Positions 37,701-49,067 of a stretch of 64,000 bases of DNA are shown here, piece by piece. The DNA is from Azolla caroliniana (lineage: Eukaryota > Plantae > Polypodiophyta): assembly GCA_043228905.1 (NCBI GenBank), contig JBHGNT010000013.1:3162001-3226000 (forward strand), in the 5' to 3' direction. The notes beneath the pieces are model-generated. The model did not search any database and was not told the DNA's origin. It saw nothing but the letters and a program-made list of their open reading frames with translations. Each line of letters starts with the position of its first letter. Position 1 is the stretch's first letter. The translations under genes and the position numbers were made by a program.

Positions 37701-40053
37701 AGACGGTGAAGAAACAGAACCGGCCGAAGAAGATGAAAATGATACCGGAACCGGCCCCGATCCCGAAATGGATTCGGATGAAGAAGAAGAATCGGAAGAA
37801 CCGGTTACCGAAGCTCCGGAACGGAGATACCCTCTAAGAGAGAGAAGGGCCCCCCGGAGATTTCCGGAACCAGAGCACGTGTTGCTAACCGACGAGGGGG
37901 AGCCGGAGAGCTTTGAAGAAGCAAAGCATGACACCCAGAGCCGCAGGTGGTTGAGTGCCATGCAGGACGAGATGGATTCCCTGCATGAGAACCACGCATA
38001 TGAACTTGTGGAGTTGCCGAAAGGAAAGCGGGCACTGCGAAACAAGTGGGTGTTCAAGCTGAAACCGGGAGATGCCGGAAACCCCCCGAGATACAAAGCC
38101 AGGATCGTGGTGAAGGGGTTTCAGCAGAAGAAGGGCGTCGACTTCGACGAGATATTTGCCCCGGTAGTGAAGATGACCTCCATCCGGATGGTGCTGAGCA
38201 TAGCGGCAAGCATGGACCTCGAGGTAGAACAGATGGACGTGAAGACGGCATTCCTTCACGGCGACCTCGATGAAGAGATCTACATGCAGCAACCGGAAGG
38301 ATTCGAGAAGAAAGGGAAGGAGCACCTGGTATGCCGGTTGAAGAAGAGCCTTTACGGACTGAAGCAGGCTCCCCGGCAATGGTACCGGAAGTTCGACTCC
38401 TTCATGACCGACGAAGGGTACCTCAAAACGCAGTCCGACCACTGCGTGTTTGTGAAGAAGTTCGAAGGAGGAGACTCCCTAATACTCCTCCTGTACGTGG
38501 ACGACATGTTGATCGTCGGACGGGACCAGGTCAAGATACGGATGCTGAAGAAGGCTCTTCACCGAACCTTCTCAATGAAGGACCTGGGTCCGGCGAGGCA
38601 AATACTAGGGATGCACATCATCCGGGACCGGAGCAAGAAGCAGTTGTGGCTGTCACAGGAGAAGTACGTGACAAAGGTGCTTCAACGGTTCAACATGTCG
38701 GAAGCAAGACCGGTCGGATCAACCCTACCGGCAAACTGCAAGTTGACCAGCAAGCAAAGTCCCAAGACAAAGGCTGAAAAGGAGGATATGATGAAAGTGC
38801 CGTATGCCTCAGCTGTCGGGAGCTTGATGTACGCCATGGTGTGTACGAGACCGGACATCGGATATGCAGTCGGAGTGGTGAGCCGGTACATGAGCAATCC
38901 CGGCAAAGAGCATTGGAACGCGGCCAAGTGGATACTCCGATACCTGAAGGGCACGGCAAACGTGTGCCTCCGATTCGGCTCCGGTAAGCCCGAACTCGAA
39001 GGCTTTACTGATTCTGATATGTCGGCTGATGCAGATACCAGCCGGTCCACATCAGGGTATGTGATGACGTATGCAGGGGGAGCTGTTTCGTGGCAGTCGA
39101 GGCTGCAGAAGACGGTTGCGTTGTCAACCACGGAGGCGGAGTACATGGCGGCTGTTGAAGCCGGCAAGGAAATAATATGGATGAAGGACTTCATTAGAGA
39201 GCTCGGTATCCGGCAAGAGGAGTACCGACTCTACTGCGATAGTCAGAGTGCCATCCACCTTGCGAAGAACGCGGCCTACCATTCCCGGACGAAACACATC
39301 CAGCGTAGATACCACTGGATCCGGGAAAGGATAGAGGACAAGGAGTTCGTGCTGACGAAGATCCACACGGACGAGAACGGGTCGGATATGCTGACCAAGG
39401 TCCTCACACCCGACAAGCTGGAAGCATGCCGGAAGAGGGTCGGATTGGAGAGACATCCCATGCCGAAGTGAAGGGGGAGTTTGTTGGGATTACGGTCCCT
39501 TCGGATGGGATGGTCGGATATCGGAGATGAATGCCGACAAGCCCGGTTTCGGTTTCGGATCCGGATGACGAAGACCCCGGCTTCGGTGCCGGATGACGAA
39601 TGTACCCGAAGAGCGATCCGGATGCAGGGACGGCTATAGTTGTAAATAGCCCAAAGTCATATAAGTATAAATATGACTTAGGGCAAATAGTTTTTCTGTT
39701 GCTCATTATTTTTCTGTTTTTCCACTCAAGAGGAGTGAAGAGGGAGCAGCCGTGAGAGAGAGAGAGAGATAGAGCGCGAGAGAGGAAGAGGTAGACGCCT
39801 CTGTGTATTTCCGCCGCCTGTGGCGAGGACAGCGAGCTCAAGGTCGTCGCCTTGGAGCTCGCCATTGTATATTTCTCTGTGCATAGTTTGGTTCGGAGTC
39901 TCGCACTCCCGTGGTTTTTCCCGTATAGGGTTTTCCACGTTAATCCCTGTGTATCGCGTCTTTCTCTGTATTTCCTATTTTCTGCTACATTGATCCGCGA
40001 TTAATCGGTTGTGGCCGAGTGGTGAAGGTGAATCCAAGCGTTGATTCCCAACA
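34794..40053 (+). mobile_element. Intact young Copia element E (Tork/Tnt1-like)
   Basis: 572-bp LTRs at 34794-35365 and 39482-40053, with no difference seen by eye. TSD GAACA (34789-34793 / 40054-40058). PBS TGGTATCAAAGC 35369-35380. PPT ~39469-39479. Confidence 0.97.
35395..39471 (+). CDS. Copia gag-pol polyprotein, 1358 aa
   Basis: First ATG after the PBS. CFHCGKPGHFRKNC, WVVDSGASFH, RADNGGEY, QMDVKTAFLHG, LYVDDML, FTDSDMS, RTKHI. No stops. Confidence 0.96.
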   Translation: MEGGGSGQPMMMVLNAQNYADWKIKMEDLLIVRDLYEPIDRSEIPKGVLESEWKLLNRKAVATIRQYVDVSVLQHVANDTNAYEMWKKLSGLYERKNALNRTSLMRKIVNLKYRDGESMVEHVSTFMGFVNQLAAIKFPLEDAMQAIILMCTLPESWENLVVTLSTSCTEDNLSLQTVKTSILNEEARRRDKEPASDPKMLFTESDRGRQWNRSPQRREKSGTRSQSRGRPTCFHCGKPGHFRKNCRHYRKDNGADDTDSKKSPERNGAYRGATDRRGSDRRGQDRKGTTALAASEEEIMLITEEGELNVAGDETTWVVDSGASFHLTPERRYFSSYTAGEHGCVRMGNEGTCRIAGIGDVWLTTPTGCKMLLKDVRHVPEVRLNLISAGRLDDEGYTGSIRDGVMKFSKGSLIVARARKVNTLYLMNARLCPEELNVAADTAGELWHKRLCHMSEKGMKRLAEDNLIPVKHVHLEKCTDCLAGKQNRTSFHSRPPTRRSAPLELVHTDVCQVETKSHGGAQYFVTFIDDHSRKLWTASMKTKDQVLSVFKELHARVERESGKKLKAIRADNGGEYRGQFQEYCRSKGIRLEFTVPKTPELNGLAERMNRTIMERVRSMLAHAKLPKGFWAEAMSTATYVINRSPSVPLDGDTPQRVWTGKEVSYRHLKVFGCLAYVHVAKDRRGKLDPKTRPCIFLGYGDDEFGYRVWDPVDKKIFRSRDIIFMENKTLADWESEKKMKSSKSTGEDQLYEEQSRPARDRLALEDPAEDGEETEPAEEDENDTGTGPDPEMDSDEEEESEEPVTEAPERRYPLRERRAPRRFPEPEHVLLTDEGEPESFEEAKHDTQSRRWLSAMQDEMDSLHENHAYELVELPKGKRALRNKWVFKLKPGDAGNPPRYKARIVVKGFQQKKGVDFDEIFAPVVKMTSIRMVLSIAASMDLEVEQMDVKTAFLHGDLDEEIYMQQPEGFEKKGKEHLVCRLKKSLYGLKQAPRQWYRKFDSFMTDEGYLKTQSDHCVFVKKFEGGDSLILLLYVDDMLIVGRDQVKIRMLKKALHRTFSMKDLGPARQILGMHIIRDRSKKQLWLSQEKYVTKVLQRFNMSEARPVGSTLPANCKLTSKQSPKTKAEKEDMMKVPYASAVGSLMYAMVCTRPDIGYAVGVVSRYMSNPGKEHWNAAKWILRYLKGTANVCLRFGSGKPELEGFTDSDMSADADTSRSTSGYVMTYAGGAVSWQSRLQKTVALSTTEAEYMAAVEAGKEIIWMKDFIRELGIRQEEYRLYCDSQSAIHLAKNAAYHSRTKHIQRRYHWIRERIEDKEFVLTKIHTDENGSDMLTKVLTPDKLEACRKRVGLERHPMPK

Positions 40054-40200
40054 GAACATTCTAGAAACTTTAGGAGTATTCCTTAGAACACTATAAAAGG
40101 AGGCACGAGGCATTATTTCGAACCAAATCGGTTCAACGCCAGTCTTAAGCCTCCTAGCTACTGTACATTTTCTTCACATAATATATATCTCTTCTTATCA

Positions 40201-40236
<36 letters not shown>

Positions 40237-42550
40237 TCACTCACTCTTTCCTTCTCTCGAGAGTTCTTCACCTCTCTTAGTACTAATACTTATTTTAGTA
40301 CTAATTCCTTCTTTGTCTTCGTACTGTTCCTGACATCAACTCGGCAAACAACATCGACTCCCATTCCCGAAGGAGAGCTCCGCAAGCAAAGGTCTCCTCG
40401 ACATCGTACACTCGGATGTATGGGGACCAGCTCAAATGCCGACGATCAGCGGATGCCGATACTATGTAACCTTCATCAATGACTACTCGCGCTACGCGTG
40501 GATCTACCCGATGAAGAAGAAAAGCGAAGTGCTCTCCCACTTCCAAAAGCTCAAGGGGCAAGTCAAAAAAGAAACCGGTCGGCACATTCGATGCCTACGA
40601 TTGGATGGAGGCAATGAGTACTTCTCCGATGAATTCACCTCCTACCTCCAAAGTGAAGGCATTCGAAGAGAATTCTCGTGCCGACACACCCCCCAACAAA
40701 ATGGAGTCGCTGAAAGGAAAAATCGGCAAATACTCGAGGTAGCACGCGCCATGATGCATGAGAAGCACATGTCGAATTTCTATTGGGCCGAAGCGGCATC
40801 CACGACCGTCTATCTCATGAATCGGTGTACCACCAATGGAGTCCATGAGCTAACTCCCTATGAGCTCCTCATCGGAAGGAAGCCGATCCTATCGCATCTC
40901 AAGGTGTTCGGAAGTTTTGCGAATGTACGCATCCCGAACGAACAACGACAGAAGCCTGACGCAAAGTCGGAGGAATGTATCCTTATAGGATACTTGTCCA
41001 AGAAGAAGGCATACAAGTGCTAGAACCCTTCTACCCGAGCGGTTTGGGTAAGTCAAGATGTAGACTTCGACGAGTCCGCATCGTGGTATGCACCATAGCC
41101 AACTTCAGTTCCGACTTCACTCGACTCGGAACCCGCCGAACAAGAGGTAGAAGATGGAGATCACTTCGAACACATGTTCGAAGAAAGTCTAATTACGACA
41201 AAGCCTAGTGGACCACAAGAGCCCCCACGCAACCCAAGCACGTCGCGGCCAATTACGAACTTGGACAAAGGCAAAGGTAAGATGCCCGAATACGAAGTCG
41301 ATCACCCTGACGACAATGATTCGGATGGATTGGCTCCCTCACTAGACAGTGAGTTCGGTGTACCCATCATGCAAACACCTGGAGTAAAGAAGATGCTCAC
41401 ATCAGCGAGCGAAAAACTTCAACGCTCTTCTAGAGAGAAGAATCCCGTCACTCGGCTCAGCTACAATGAGTATATGGCCCATCATTATGCCTTCGCGATG
41501 AAGGTAGCGGCCGAACAAGAGCCCAAGAGCTCCACCGAAGTGGCTCGTAACCCACGATGGGTGGAAGTAGTCGACCTTCGTCCACACACTACAAGCCTTC
41601 GTCACCGGCTTGAGGGGGAAGAACCGAGATTGCCACGGTGAGGAAAGCCGAAGGCCGGACGGAAGCCGCACAGAAGCCGACATCGGAAGCCGGACAATGC
41701 CAAAAACAACGTCGGATGTCAGACGCCTCACACTTGAGCTTGAGGGGGTGTGTTGAGAGATCAAGCTCAAATTAATTTAGTTAGTTATTCAACAATGTAA
41801 CTTCGTAGTTACCTAGATAGAATCTAGTTAGAAGTGTTGACTATAACGCATTAAATAGGACCTTGTACTTAAGTGGGATATTCTAGATCCTCCACTCCTA
41901 AGTTCATTTAATATAGGACTTACACATTAGTACCTATATTCTACTCACACATATGCACCTTTGCACATGAGATGTATATATACCTCATTGTGGGTATTTT
42001 TGTATTTGATGATGATAATGCTAATTTAATATACTTACTCATCCGCCATCTTGCATTGTTCATAAGTGTATCTCTCCCTCCCTCTCTCTCCCTCTCTCTC
42101 TTCCTCTCACACATACACACACATATCACTTAATCTTCCGCTTATCAACTAATCACATAATTAGGTACTAATTAACCCTTGCTTAATTACTTACCTAATT
42201 CTTAACACTATGGTATGGTCGACTCGACCACCTCAGAAAGCCGACATCACACATCTATCTAAAGCCGACTACATCCCCAAGTTCTCTTTTTTGGATCATC
42301 AATTCTATGAGCACTACTAGTACAACAGGGTTGCGGTGTCACACCTCACAACCACACCGAGAGAATCGAGTCCGCTTGGTTTGGTGCATTTAGATGTCTG
42401 TGGCCCGATGCTACATCAGTCTCTCGGCGGCGCCTCCTATTTTGTCACTTTCATTGACGACTTGACTCAGAAGGTGTGGCATATTTGATCCGGACCAAGG
42501 ATTGCGTGTTCGAGATCTTTTAAGAATGGCTCACTATGGTAGAATACCAA

Positions 42551-45500
42551 TTTGTTTTTCTTTTTCCAAACAACACAAGGTGAAACAAGCACAATGCCCT
42601 CAGAGAATGTATGTTTTGTTGACTCAGGAGCATTCAACCACATGACGTCTCATGAAGATTGGTCTCGGGTATTACGAAAACCCGAACGTCCCGAATATGT
42701 CGAGACAACCGATGAAACGACTCATCCAATACAGCATATCGGGAACGTCCCATTTGGAAACGACGACAAACAAACCTATCTCGAGAACGTACTGCATGTA
42801 CCTACCATCACGAAAAACCTGGTCTCGATCGGCCAGATTGTCAAACAAGGAATGCAAGTACGATTCAGCAAAACGGCGTGGCCGAGCAGAAGAACCGGCA
42901 CATAATAGAGGTTGCATGGGCAATGATGAACGAGAAGATCCTGCCGAAATCATACTGGGCGGAAGCGGCGAACACGGCCGTATACCTCATGAACAGGTGC
43001 ACAACCTCGAGAGTACACGACGCAATCCCCCATGAGAAGTTTCTTGGTAAGAAGCTGGACTTATCACATGTTTGTATTTTCAGCTGATTTGCTTATGTGC
43101 ATATTCCCGAAGCTCGGGTCCGAAGTTGGAGAAATGTATCCTCGTGGGGTACTCGCTCGAACATAAGGGGTACAAATGCTACAATCCCTCTACCTGAAAA
43201 GTTCGAACAAGTCGAGATGTCGTTTTCAACGAGTTCACATCCTGGTACACACCAGAGACAACTTCGACTCCAACCCTGCTCGACCCGGAATACGCCGAAA
43301 TAGAGGCAGAAGCCAAAGATCTACTTACACTCATGTTCGACGAAAGTCCAATCACGACCTGAATAAGTGGGCCACAAGAACCTCCGAGTGACCAACGCAC
43401 ATCTCGGTCGAGTCCGAAGTTGGACAAAGGGAAGGCGAAAATGCCAGAGTATGGAGACGATCACTTCAACGGCAATGAATCAACTCACTCTCTCGATAGT
43501 GAGTTTGAAGGCCTTGACATCCGGACAAATGGAGCGAAGAAAGCCTTTGTATCCGCAAACGAGAAGCTCCGCCGATCCACCCGTGAAAAGAACCCCGTAA
43601 GCCGATTCGGCTACAACGATTACATGGCGTATCATTACGCCTTTATGATGAAGGTAGCGTCAGTACGGGAGCCAGAAACCCTTTCCGAAGCTGTAAAGGA
43701 TCCGCGATGGGTTGACGCAATGAATAAAGAAATCCAAGCCCTATGCAAAAACGAGACATGGGATCTCATTCCTCACATTCCGCACAAGAAAGTGATTGGC
43801 TGGCAATGGATTTACAAAGAGAAACACAATGCCGATGGCTCCATAAATAGCTTCAAAGCACGCCTCGTTGCGAAAGGATACACACAAACACACAGAGTTG
43901 ACTACGAAGAGACCTTTGACCCAGTGGCAAAGATGACAACTGTGCGAACCATGGTTGCAATCGTAGCAGCAAAAGGGTGGCATGTCCATCAGATGGACGT
44001 GAAGAACGCCTTCCTCCAAGGGGAACTAGAGGAGGAAGTGTACATGATCCAACCACCCGGCTTTGAATCGCGCAATCATCCAAACGCCGTGTGCCAACTC
44101 AAGAAGCCACTCTACGGCCTCAAACAAGCACCACGTGCGTGGCACGAAGATCACGTAGTATCTTCATCAAATCGGATTTCGAATGTCAAAATCTGATAAT
44201 TCTCTGTACATCCGAAATGAGTAAGATAGCCCGATCGTCATCATCCTATACATGGATGATTTGGTCATCGGAGGAAAGGAGCTCGCCGAGATTAACAAGG
44301 TCAAATCACTTCTCTCCGGCAGATTCGAAATGAAAGACTTGCATGAGCTCCATTACTTCTTAGGCATCGAAGTAATTCGGACACCAGTTGGGATAATGAT
44401 CTCACAACGACACTACGTCCTCACCTTACTCTACAAATTCAGCATGACGGAGTGCAAACCTGTGTCCACCCCGCTTGACCGTAATCTCAAGCTTGATGTC
44501 GATTCTGGAACAACTGAGTGTGAGCCAACTCAGTATCGCCAATTGATCGGCAACCTCATATACCTAATCATTACATGACCCGACCTCAACTACTTGGTTT
44601 GCCTACTTAGCCAATTCATGTAGAATCCACGAAACCTTCATCTTGATTGTGCTAAGAGGTATTCTTCGGTACGCTAGTGGTACGATGGATTACGGCATCA
44701 GATATAGGTCAAATACGATAATTCGACTAGAAGGGTACACAGACGTGGACTGGGCAAGCTATAAAGTAGATGGATGGTCAACATCAAGATTCATCTTCTC
44801 CCTCAGTAGCGGAGCAATCTCGGGGAGTAGTAAGAAGCAACTGACAGTTGCATTGTCGAGCACGGAGGCCGAATACAGGGGCGTGGCGGTCGCTGCATGC
44901 GAAGCCGCATGGCTCAAGTGTATACTGAAGGATCTGGGTGTACCCATCAAGGATCTGATTCGTCTATACTACGACAACATGAGCAGTATCTACTTGGCAC
45001 GGAACCCCATATTCCACGCAAAGACTAAGCATGTCGAAGTGCACTACCACTTCATCCGCGCACACGTGCAGGCCGGAGATATAGACTTACACCACATCAA
45101 CATGAATGTATAGGTACTCGACATTTTCACGAAAGCACTGGGTATCGACAAGCTACGACTGTTCACATGGAACCTTGGCCTATCTATTCTCGACCAGTCG
45201 ATCTTGAGGGGGAGTACAAAACAGTGAACCGATCGATTGATTGAAGCCGAACAAGGAGTACACAACCGAAAAGCCGAACAAGCGAAGTTCGAAGCGTTCC
45301 GAAGACCGATCCGAAATAATTTTTTGATATCCGGAAGTTGTGTATGGAGGGGCGTGTTGAGAATTGAACTCAACTTCCCATAGAAATAGGTTTCACACCA
45401 GCTCATGGACATACCAGGCTAGTTTTATAAATAGTAGAAAGGGCCCTTACCCTAGTTTAGTTGGTATTTAAACCAACCTTTTGTAACTTTCTTACTATGA

Positions 45501-45614
45501 GAAGTAATGCATAGTTTTCTCATCTTAAGACTCTCTCTCTCTCTTTCTCATAAGTGCTCTCTTGTAATGCATAGTTTTCTCATCTTAAGACTCTCTCTCT
45601 CTTTCTCATAATTG

Positions 45615-45652
<38 letters not shown>

Positions 45653-45690
45653 CCTACCGCTGCATACAATCACTCTCCTTTCTTTACAAT
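42551..45690 (+). mobile_element. 5'-truncated decayed Copia F (A/C family) with 3' LTR
   Basis: PR CFVDSGA, deletion at ~42870, IN end, [13 protein letters not shown] / YMDDLVI, RH KTKHVEVHYH. 3' LTR starts TGTTGAGA at 45355 and has an internal ~60-bp duplication. Right end approximate. Confidence 0.85.
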
Positions 45691-46408
45691 ACAAAATAGA
45701 GAAACGACAATTCTTCCCAACCCGTCTTGTGTACGACAATGGCTAGCCATGGATCCTTCATTTGATAGAAATGATTGAGCACTTCCTCAATTTTCCCCAT
45801 TCTTAGCATCTCGAGTATCACCACAAACATTCAAGCCATAACCAAGTAGCCATTTGATCCTCAATTTTGTAGAAAACGAGTTCGACTGAAAGCAGAAATG
45901 CTTACGGTCCGACAATCATGGAGGAAGTTACTTGTATAGGTGTATGGGAGGGTTAAGGGTGTAATGTATAAGGTGTATAATGTGTAAGGTGCAATGTGCA
46001 ATGTGTGAGTGTGAGAATGAGTGTTTATGTGTTTATGTGTGCAAATATGTTACAAACATATTGTATAATAGTCACATAATGAACTATATAAACCCCACCA
46101 TGGGGCATGAAATACAACAACAAGAATAGTAGAGAGTTACCCCTCAATATATGTCTCATTTTCCCCTCTCCCTTTGTGTGTGTGTGTGTGTGTGTCCTCC
46201 TCTCCCCTCACGTTTAAACCCCCTTGGGAGAATGGTTCCACCCCCCACCCAACAATAGAGGAGAGTTCAAGTTTGAGTAAATTTTGCCAGTAGCGCAACA
46301 TTCGACGTGAATTTACGGCACCACACAGTCCAGAGCAGAACAAAATTACAGAGCAGATGAACCAGTCAATTCAGGAAAGAATTGTTGCCATGCTACAACA
46401 CTTCCGAT

Positions 46409-46699
46409 TGTTTGATGGTTTCTGGGCGGAAGTGTGAGAATTGCGACCGGCCACAACCGGTTTCACGTATGTATTTGGGTGCAAAGACAGAGATAAAGTG
46501 CAACGACAAGAAAAATAGGAAATGAGAAGAAAAAGACACAATATTTAACGTGGAAAACCCAAAAGGGAAAAACCACTTGGAGTCCACAAACTCCAAAACA
46601 GAATATACTATAAGGAGGAGTACAATGAGAAGCTTCAAGGCAACAACTTAAGCTCTCCTTCGTCACACTGACGGTCGTAGAGTTACTCGCTAATTGTCA

Positions 46700-46754
<55 letters not shown>

Positions 46755-46856
46755 ACACACACACACACACACAGTTATAGAGGCAACAACCTTCTCTAAC
46801 TATGTGACAACTAATGATGATACACCACTACAGTTAAAGTTTGCCCTAGTTGTTTA

Positions 46857-46889
<33 letters not shown>

Positions 46890-48032
46890 GTTATAGAGGC
46901 AACAACCTTCTCTAACTATGTGACAACTAATGATGATACACCACTACAGTTAAAGTTTGCCCTAGTTGTTTATATACTAAAACAACTTTCTGGCTATTTA
47001 CAAGTATCACAGACATGACAAAAATCATGTCGAGATTTGAACTCTTGACCTCTTGTATATAGTCAAGTGTTGTGTTCTATCCAACACATCCAAATATATA
47101 GTGTTATATATATTTTAGTAGATTATTAGTAGATTATCTATTTCAAGTTCTAGGAGTTTTTAGAAAGTTCTAGAACTAGAAGGTTCTAGAGGGTTCTATA
47201 ATATTCTCCCGAATATTCTAATGCATGTACTTCGACTCACAGTATAAATACTTGTAAGTTACCTCCTTGATCCCTTTCAAGGGATTCAACACCAGTCATT
47301 GACACATCAATCTAGTATTCTCGTTTCGCCTCATCTTTGTCTCCTTGATCTTTATTTCTGTCTTCATGTCCTCATGTCGCTCACAACATCTAGAGTTCCT
47401 AGCCTCGTCACATCTAGCTCCAAGTTCATCTGTCGCTCGTAGACCCATCATCTGTGCTCCGTCCTAGTCTGCACTTGGTGTGTCCATGACACATTTGGAA
47501 TATTTACAAATATAGTCTTCTGATTTCGGTTTCTGTTTTTGATTTCGGCCTCAGACGAAATACTTATTGACTCCATCTGACTCGGTTCATTCTCTTCCCA
47601 TTCGGAGGGACATGTTTCCCAACAAACTCCCCTTTCACTCCGGCATGAGGTACTTATCCAATCCGAGTCTTTGTTGGCACAAATTCAGCTTCTCGGTCGA
47701 CAACACCTTTGTTAGTATGTCCGACATGTTCTCCGTTGTATGTACCTTTACTAGAGCAAACTCCTTCTCTTCCACTCGCTCTTAGAGCCAATGATATCTC
47801 CTTTGGATGTGCTTGGTCCTTGAGTGGTAGGTGTCATTTTTCACAAGGTGGATGACACTCTCGTTATCGCAATTGAGTCGGAATTCTTCTTGTCAAATTC
47901 CCAACTCTCCGATAAATTCTTTCATCCAAATTATTTCCTTACCGGTTTCTGTTGCGGTCATGTACTCGACTTCCGTGGTTGACAACGCCATGGCCTTCTG
48001 CAGCCTCAACTGCCACGAAACAGCTCCCCCTA
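46409..48032 (-). mobile_element. 3' end of decayed Tork-like Copia G (RNase H end, PPT, 3' LTR 46409-47624), base of nest 2
   Basis: GGAVSWQLRLQKAMALSTTEVEY. PPT 47625-47636. LTR contains the GTGGTTTTTCCC..GGGTTTTCCACGT motif, (CA)n tracts and a 116-bp-period duplication. Confidence 0.8.
47005..47491 (+). mobile_element. Probable solo LTR of a Tcn1-like gypsy inserted in the LTR of G
   Basis: Degenerate inverted ends TATCACAGACA / TGTCCATGACA. TTCTAG repeats and TATAAATA arranged as in gypsy D LTRs. No clean TSD. Confidence 0.55.
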
Positions 48033-48131
48033 TGTCAAGGATAGTATTAGAGATAGGGAGAATTAGTACTAAAGATAGAGAGGGAGAATGAGGATTAGTA
48101 CTAAGAAGGGGAAAAGTGTGCAAAGACTCAC

Positions 48132-48171
<40 letters not shown>

Positions 48172-49067
48172 TGATAACAGGTGGTATATTATATGAAGAT
48201 AAGATACAACTGTAGCTAGGAGGCTTAAGACTCGCGTTGAACCGAATTGGTTCTCAATAATGCCATGTGCCTCTTTTTATAGCGTGCTTAGGAGTATTCT
48301 TGACATTTCTAGAATGTTCCAGAGAAATCTAGAATATACATGGATTTCCTAAGTGAAATAATAAATGAAAACATTATATTTTATATTACAATGTATAAAA
48401 TGTATAAGTTAATGGTAGGGCTTCAACCCATGTGACACAAGGTCATGGGTTCAAATCCCTTTCAAGCCATACCATGCTATATCATGCCACTACTCTCTTC
48501 TAAGACGACGAGTGTTACTCTTCATCTTAGATTGTGGACCTAGTTTGTCGGGATATTGTTGATGGAAGTTCTCTTCAATAAAAGAGCTCGAGCATTTGCT
48601 ACATTCTTGATTGGTTCCCAAGTACGTTGGCTTGGACTATAGCCTAGCCAATCGACCAAATAGTAGAGCTTCTTCCAAACAATCTTGGAATCGAGGATGA
48701 TAACAACTTCGTACTCCAGTCTTGCTTCAAGCTCAATCGAGGGTGGAGATGGTGTACTGCGATTTGGAATAATGTTGTCTTGATAGGGTTCGAGGAGAGA
48801 ACTATGAAAAACCGGATGTATCCATAGTTACGGAGGTAGATCAAGACGAAAAGTGACGTCATTAAATTTTCCGATATTACGGAAAGGACCTAATCGTCGA
48901 CAATCCAATTTATCACATGGTCAAGTAGTCTTGATGTGTCGTCGTAATAGCCATACCTGATCTCCAATGTTAAAATAGGATAGAAGACGATCATGATCTG
49001 CATAATCCTTTTGTTTTTGTTGGGCTTGATATAAATAGGTAGATAGGTATGCCTGTATCTTGCATAG
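48033..49067 (-). mobile_element. 3' end of a second Tcn1-like chromovirus (IN end, chromodomain, 3' LTR 48033-48489)
   Basis: Reverse-complement similarity to D (FNIGDQVWLLRRHIKTT; KLYYLVDWLG). LTR homologous to D LTR. Interrupted at 49068 by Copia I. Confidence 0.85.

Larger units (their letters stand above)
29838..40335 (+). mobile_element. Ty3/gypsy chromovirus D (Tcn1/Tf1-like), decayed; 3' LTR split by Copia E
   Basis: 5' LTR 29838-30265. 3' LTR 34663-34793 + 40059-40335. TSD TCAAC (29833-29837 / 40336-40340). PPT 34650-34662. gag CLYCGGPGHIAVNC, PR ALLDSGA, RT IYLDDLL, RH DTSDFALG, chromodomain YYLVDWLGY..TWEP. Confidence 0.95.
27764..42207 (+). mobile_element. Copia element C (related to A), decayed, RT/RNase H deleted, interrupted by gypsy D
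   Basis: LTRs 27764-28208 and 41751-42207. TSD CTATG (27759-27763 / 42208-42212). PBS-Met 28209-28220. PPT 41741-41750. gag-PR 28379-29837 with stops. Integrase 40341-41023. Confidence 0.93.
20100..45925 (+). mobile_element. Old decayed Copia element H, basal host of nest 1 (pieces ~20100-20964, 26425-27763, 42208-42550, ~45870-45925)
   Basis: LTR-like end TTCCAACA plus degenerate PBS TGGTACCA near 20184-20195. gag MASTSSSSEMSLRKFD.. from 26452. Protease WLLDSGASYH ~27380. Reading resumes at LWYGRLDHL after Copia C, then LVHLDVCG, VTFIDD and later KCLRSDN. Confidence 0.7.

Noticed and set aside
45930-46400. TG-rich LTR-like stretch
   Set aside because: No partner LTR, PBS or TSD identifiable.
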